64,000 nucleotides of DNA from Pseudovirgaria hyperparasitica (lineage: Eukaryota): NCBI GenBank assembly GCA_010093815.1, contig ML996574.1. The stretch is one strand, 5' to 3'. This document shows, piece after piece, positions 58,602-64,000 of this stretch. The first letter of the stretch is position 1, and each line of letters begins with the position of its first letter. Made by a program: the position numbers and the translations under genes. The notes below the pieces were generated by a model. The model was not told the DNA's origin, searched no databases, and saw only the letters and a program-made list of their open reading frames with translations.

Positions 58602-60185
58602 ATGGAAGAACTAGACGACAAGTACGCCAATCCGCATACGCCGATTTCAGCACTATGGCTGACCGCGCTCTTGTGTAACTTGTAATACTGACCGTCGGTA
58701 CAGATACATAGGCCTGGCACTGGCCATACTAGGCACTGTCTGCATAGGTAAGCACATCACTCCAATTTTCACAGCATGCAATGTCCCGGCTAATGATGTA
58801 ACTATTAGGAGCGAGTTTCGTCATAACGAAGAAAGGCTTGATGCAAGCGTCAGAGAGACATGGCTTCGAAGGAGACGGTTTCACATACTTGAAGAATGCA
58901 ACGTGGTGGGGAGGAATAATAACAAGTCAGTCGACCGTCTTCGATATCCCGAGACCAAGCTGACTTGCGTAGTGGTCGTTGGAGAAATCGGTAATTTTGC
59001 AGCATATGCGTATGCTCCCGCCATATTGGTCACACCTTTGGGAGCACTGAGTGTCCTAATCGGGTCAGTCTTCACGAGCTGTCCTACTTCAAGTACCCTC
59101 TGACCGTCTCGTAGCGCTATCCTCGGTTCATATTTTCTGGGCGAACGACTTGGAATACTCGGGAAAATCGGTTGCGCCATCTGTCTGTTGGGTTCTTTGA
59201 TAATTGTCCTACATGCGCCCCCAGATAAGGACATACAACGAATTGACGAGATGCTACAATATGCACTTCATCCACGTAAGTCGTTCCACAATCAGCTTGT
59301 AGGGTCGATGCTCACTGGATTAGTATTCGTAATATATTGCCTAATTGTCGCAGTCTTCTCTGTGTTCATGATATACAAAGTCGCCCCGAAATATGGACGT
59401 ACAAACCCTATGATATACCTCTCGATATGCTCGACAACAGGATCGATATCTGTCATGGCGATTAAAGGCTTCGGGATCGCGCTCAAGCTCACGTTCGCGG
59501 GTAAGAATCAATTTGTATACCCATCGACATACATATTTTTGATCGTCGTGGTTGTTTGCATCCTTACACAAATGAACTACTTCAACAAAGCTCTTAGCCA
59601 ATTCTCGACATCAATGTAGGTCCCACGGCATGTCTATTTCTTCGCAAAGCTTACCAAGCCGTCAGAGTCAATCCCCTCTACTACGTAACGTTCACGACTT
59701 GTACTCTCCTTGCCTCGTTCCTCCTCTTCCGCGGCTTCAACACCACCTCTGCCGTCGACATCATTTCACTCCTCTGCGGCTTTCTGATCATCTTCTCTGG
59801 TGTCTACCTTCTGAACCTCTCCCGTGAGGACCCCGACGGCAAGAGTAAACTCGCAAATAAATTCTCTGACGGCATTCCAACGGACGGAATTGCATCTGTC
59901 GGTACGCGGCGCAGTCTACAGGCGCGCAGGAGTAGTGTCGAAGCCGGCTATGCCCGCGGCAGCTTCGGCGACCGCGACGCACTGATGCACGGCTACGATG
60001 AAGAAAACCAATTCGGACTCGGTGAGCTAGCCGAGGACAGCGAGGACGACAGCAGTGGTCACCGCAAGCGAACGAGCTTCGACGAGACGGAAGCGAATCC
60101 GCGGAAGAGCACGCAGACGCGTACATCGAGCGCTAAAGGTGTGCGAACTAGTCTTAATGTCCGCGGGAAGAGTGTTGATCGGTGA
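58602..60185 (+). CDS. NIPA-family (DUF803) Mg2+ transporter (7 exons)
   Basis: [14 protein letters not shown]...SFVITKKGL...[10 protein letters not shown]...[25 protein letters not shown]...LHAP...YLSICS...QMNYFNKAL...[10 protein letters not shown]; six short GT-AG introns. Confidence 0.92.
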
Positions 60186-61498
60186 TTTCTAGGCGATGCG
60201 TGGGCAGAATGGTAGAATGTCGAAGTTCGGCTTGATTCGCGAGTACATATATCTCGCGAAAATCAACGACACATCGGCACATCAGCTTTCACCCACCTGC
60301 ACAAACGGCGTAAAGGGCGTTATCGGGACGACTAGACCTCAAGCGTACAGCGGCGTACGGAAACAACAGGGACTTAGAGAGCATTTTTTTCAGTATTCAT
60401 GTCTATATCATTGCACACGCATTGTGTTCCGCGAACACACGCGCCCGGAGTTAATACAGGTGGTGGCACAAGGGTGTACTTTGGATAGAGGTTAGAGGAT
60501 GGCATCGGGAACGGCTGTGTCACGATACGGAGATCATGTGGCATGAACAAAAGTAGTTATATGAGAGTATATCCATGTCTCCAAAGGTGCAAACCTCTTG
60601 GAAACCACATTGCCAAAGCAGAATAATGTGCATAGGACGTGATTCAACGAGTTAGAGGCGCGGAATCTCTCTGCTTACAGAAGGTTATGATGGTATTACT
60701 GACGAATCTACTGCACCAAGACGCGAAACAATAGTGGTCAATTATGATAGCAACCGCAAACTAAGGGCACCAACCTACCTTATAGCACTGACAGAGCCTG
60801 CATATAGTCTTCCTGCAAAACCTGTCATATGCAACAACTCCTCTCAGTACGCATATCGAAATATACCGCACACCTCTTCCATTGCCGTGCACCACAGACA
60901 AAACACTCCAATACCTAATTAGCTTCAGTAGGCTGCTTGCTGCTCTTTAAGACCGTGCCTGCCTGCCTTTCTCCATACCCTATCTTTAGGTGGAACGGAC
61001 GCCCAGAGCTGATCCTTATGGTAGAAGTATATGATTTGTTTTTTTAGGACTTGGATGGCATCATGCAAGAAGCACTGGCCTTTGTCTGTCTGTCTGTCGT
61101 CTGTCGTCTCGAGAAAAGGACCTCCCATGAGAGACGTTACCCCGGAAGGAGGAAGCAGGCAGTTTTGGTAGACGACGAATGTCTGGCATATTTGTGACTC
61201 CTTTGAACTTACTGAACAATGCCGTCCAAGTATAGACAGAAGTACCCACTCCGTCATTCTCAAGGAAACAATGTCTATCGCTGCATCGTCCATGAAGCTG
61301 AACAACGTTAGTGGCGAACCTCTAGGCATTGCGTATTCGCCATCGATGGTATAAGATTACTCCAAATTCTTGCTTGGACAGAGGTCTCAATACACGCTTG
61401 ATCATAATAAGAGAAATCTCGAGCACTTCAGAACCTAAAACGGTTGTGTGAATATTCGCCAGTCAACATCGCACCTCTTTCCAGCCATCACATCTGAC

Positions 61499-62332
61499 AT
61501 GCCAGTTAAACTTCGAAAAGCAAGCAGAGCAACTGAATTTAGCACTATGGCCCCATTCAATGGCAGAATTACGTCTCCTCACCGCCCGTCCAACGACGAT
61601 TCTGAAACACTCACGCACTGGGATGACGACTTGAACAGCCCTCCCGCAGAAGAACATGTTGGACCTCAGAGGAGAATCGCAGAGAACAGTATCGCCGATG
61701 TCCATTTCCAAAAATTGCCCGTCACCAAAAACGAGCAGCGTAAGAAATATACAGGGAATATCCGCAAGCTGTTGAGCACCGCCAGCACATTGAGACGAGA
61801 GTTGCCGAGCTCGATGAATAGACCACTGAACTCGGAAGCCACGATAGCGGACTGGAGCACGAAGCTGGGTTTCTGGAAGAACGAGGTGATACATCTCAAG
61901 AATAGAAACACGAAACTCGCCAAAAAGCTCGCAATATCGGAGGCCAAGTACGGGGAAATGTCCGTCAGCCTGAAAAAACGACTGAGTCAAACAAAGAAGG
62001 ATCTTGAACAGCTGAAAGAGGCTCATGAACAGGCAGAGGACACGCTGCAACAGGAATATCTGCTCAAGCGGGGATCCGAAAACGCCGTACTTGAAAGTTT
62101 GCACTCGAAATCAATGTACCGTGTAGAGCAGGCACATACACAGGAACGCAAGCGTCTGACGGACAAGCTGGAGACCCTGCAGGACAAGCTGGAGAGCTTG
62201 CAGGACAAGCTGGGGACCCTGCAGGACAAGGCCATGTACCAGTTGCTTCACACTGCTTTCAAGGCACTAGGCCTGACCGTTCTCATGCTTTTCCTCTTTG
62301 TTCCCGTTTGCGTGTTTCTATCCCTATACTAA
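61499..62332 (+). CDS. Hypothetical tail-anchored coiled-coil protein
   Basis: 277-codon ORF from ATG 61499; coiled-coil C-terminal half, hydrophobic C-terminus ALGLTVLMLFLFVPVCVFLSLY. Confidence 0.65.
   Translation: MPVKLRKASRATEFSTMAPFNGRITSPHRPSNDDSETLTHWDDDLNSPPAEEHVGPQRRIAENSIADVHFQKLPVTKNEQRKKYTGNIRKLLSTASTLRRELPSSMNRPLNSEATIADWSTKLGFWKNEVIHLKNRNTKLAKKLAISEAKYGEMSVSLKKRLSQTKKDLEQLKEAHEQAEDTLQQEYLLKRGSENAVLESLHSKSMYRVEQAHTQERKRLTDKLETLQDKLESLQDKLGTLQDKAMYQLLHTAFKALGLTVLMLFLFVPVCVFLSLY
62161..62230 (+). repeat. 21-bp coding tandem repeat x3.3 (DKLETLQ heptads)
   Basis: GGACAAGCTGGAGACCCTGCA / GGACAAGCTGGAGAGCTTGCA / GGACAAGCTGGGGACCCTGCA / GGACAAG. Confidence 0.9.
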
Positions 62333-63398
62333 AGTCTGAGTAGGCTTAGTACTGCTAGGTAGGGCCTGTGTACTCGTATTTGTCTTTACTCATCGTTTGT
62401 TTTTATCTTTGTATAGTATTGTCTTTTGACGTAGCTTGTTACACTTAATCTCACGCTACCTTCTTATACGTGAAGACGGACTTCATGAAAGAGGCTGAAA
62501 ATCTGAGTGTCGAGCGATGATCGAACGAGCGACTGTAGAAGGACTAGATTGTTGTAAGAGAGTCAACATGTAACATGTTCAGTTATCCAAAGCTTGAGGA
62601 TTAGCAGGCGAACGCAGCAAAGTTCAAGTCCAGGTATAACCTCAGGGGACGGCAGAACAGGTGTCCCCTTGCGTGGCCCGAGTAGGCTTCCAGCCGTAAG
62701 TCCCGAGTCTAGGGCATTATGCCCCTTGCTCGTAGGCGTTATATTACCTTTCCATCTAGATCTTAACGCAGTTGTCTGGTCTGGTGAGTACCGACCATCC
62801 TTCACGTCGTCCGCTGCTGTACGAAGCGCTTATTGATCTGGTACAGTGAGATCTAAATAAGATTATCCAAGGCCATGTGCCGAGCGTTCGGAACACATTC
62901 CTTAGTGTTCATCCAAGGATCGGCATTAGTTGCTCCGGCCCGGCTTACCCTACGGTTACACTGCATACACATCGGGCCGCACTCACGGCTCCATCCCTTA
63001 GCGTTAGTTCTCATCACTCATCATCATACATTGATCTTTTTTTGTATCTTACGTTATTATCTGCCCAGCTCTTTCTCCAACTCCACGATGAAGAGACGAA
63101 GTTTGCTGTCCTGGTACAGTAGATGTGGGACGGGAGTCTTTACTGGATATAGCTAGCGTTCCGAGGTGCCGAGGCATCTGAGCTGGGAGCGGCTCAATTG
63201 TTGCTCCGACTCCTTGACACATTCTTCTCCTGATTTGTATTGTAAAAGCATCTTTTCGTCCGCTATGCATCGGGTCGGTGGATAGTTTCCCTTCAGAAGT
63301 TCTTTTATATAGACTTGCGCTCATTTCTCAACTGTCATATCATATACATTCTACATTACACAAACAGGAGGACATCTCTTTCCTTTTCATTCGCCATC

Positions 63399-64000
63399 AT
63401 GTCGTCTCTATCTTCCCCTCTAACGCTTCCGAGCGGTCTCGTACTTCCAAACCGGCTGTCCAAGGTATGTTACAGGTTGCTGAGCATGCACCTTACATCG
63501 TCTAACATCTCCAGGCCGCCATGGCCGAAGACCTCGCCGAATCGGGCGCCCACCCAGGTACCGCCCTCAACACCGTGTACAACAAATGGGCGACCGGAAA
63601 CTGGGGCATGCTCCTGACCGGAAACGTAATGGTCGACAGCTCACACCGGGGCTCCCCAAGCGACGTCGCGCTCCCATCCTCAATCGCCACCTCGAGCCCC
63701 TCCGCGCCCTCTGATCGCGCCACTGCCCTCGCACTCTGGACCGCCTGGGCAAACGCAATCCAATCCAATGGCACGCCCGCAGTCATGCAAGTCAACCACC
63801 CGGGCCGCCAATGTCCACGCAACCTACGCAAAGGCGCCGCCCTCGCTCCGTCCGCGATCCCGCTACAGCTCGGCACGGGGCTGTTCGCGCGCTTCATCAG
63901 CTGGGTTGTGTTCGGGTCGCCACGCGAGATGTCCAAAGATGACATCCAGCACGTGGTAGCCGAGTTTGCGGAGACGGCGAGGCTGGCGAGTGACGCGGGG
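63399..64000 (+). CDS. NADH:flavin oxidoreductase / Old Yellow Enzyme family, 5' part (runs off window)
   Basis: MSSLSSPLTLPSGLVLPNRLSK, intron 63465-63514, then AAMAE...YNKWATGNWGMLLTGNVMVD...MQVNHPGRQ...APSAIPL...PREMSKDDIQHVVAEFAETARLA. Confidence 0.88.

Noticed and set aside
60925..61329. 134-aa minus-strand ORF with ATG
   Set aside because: No recognisable motif, includes a GACA microsatellite, and has no independent support.
1..64000. Transposon, CRISPR array or secondary-metabolite cluster
   Set aside because: No transposase, RT, integrase or LTR/TIR pair, no repeat-spacer array, and no PKS, NRPS, terpene synthase or DMATS gene. The short tandem repeats are 2-3 adjacent copies without spacers.

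Overview
Eukaryotic genomic DNA from a filamentous ascomycete (Pezizomycotina; Dothideomycete-like is my inference). It is gene-dense, with short (~46-80 nt) GT-AG introns carrying CTRAY-type branch sites. I can support about 20 protein-coding genes. Recognisable ones: D-arabinono-1,4-lactone oxidase, a Sac2/INPP5F-type phosphoinositide phosphatase, a GT34 glycosyltransferase, a HET-domain protein, a UGA4-like amino-acid permease, a Vps3/TGFBRAP1-like protein head-to-head with CASP/Coy1, a DUF3455 secreted protein, SAP18, a YJR098C-like serine hydrolase, an Xaa-Pro aminopeptidase, a flavin-reductase-like protein, a Kelch cell-surface protein, a NIPA Mg2+ transporter and an OYE-family oxidoreductase cut by the window end. 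There are also several hypothetical proteins, one intron-containing tRNA-Thr(CGU) and one decayed pseudogene. I saw no transposon, CRISPR array or secondary-metabolite backbone gene. The most unusual items are: (1) a ~130-nt Pol III-type unit at 30.43-30.59 kb with tRNA D- and T-arms but no acceptor or anticodon stem and an alternative fold; (2) a ~535-aa C-terminal extension on the Xaa-Pro aminopeptidase ending in a Snf5-C-terminus-like C2H2 motif; (3) an unusually long SAP18 intron with a cryptic acceptor leading to a premature stop; (4) a long intergenic hairpin at 13.3 kb. All exon models and family calls come from reading the sequence by eye; no database searches were run.
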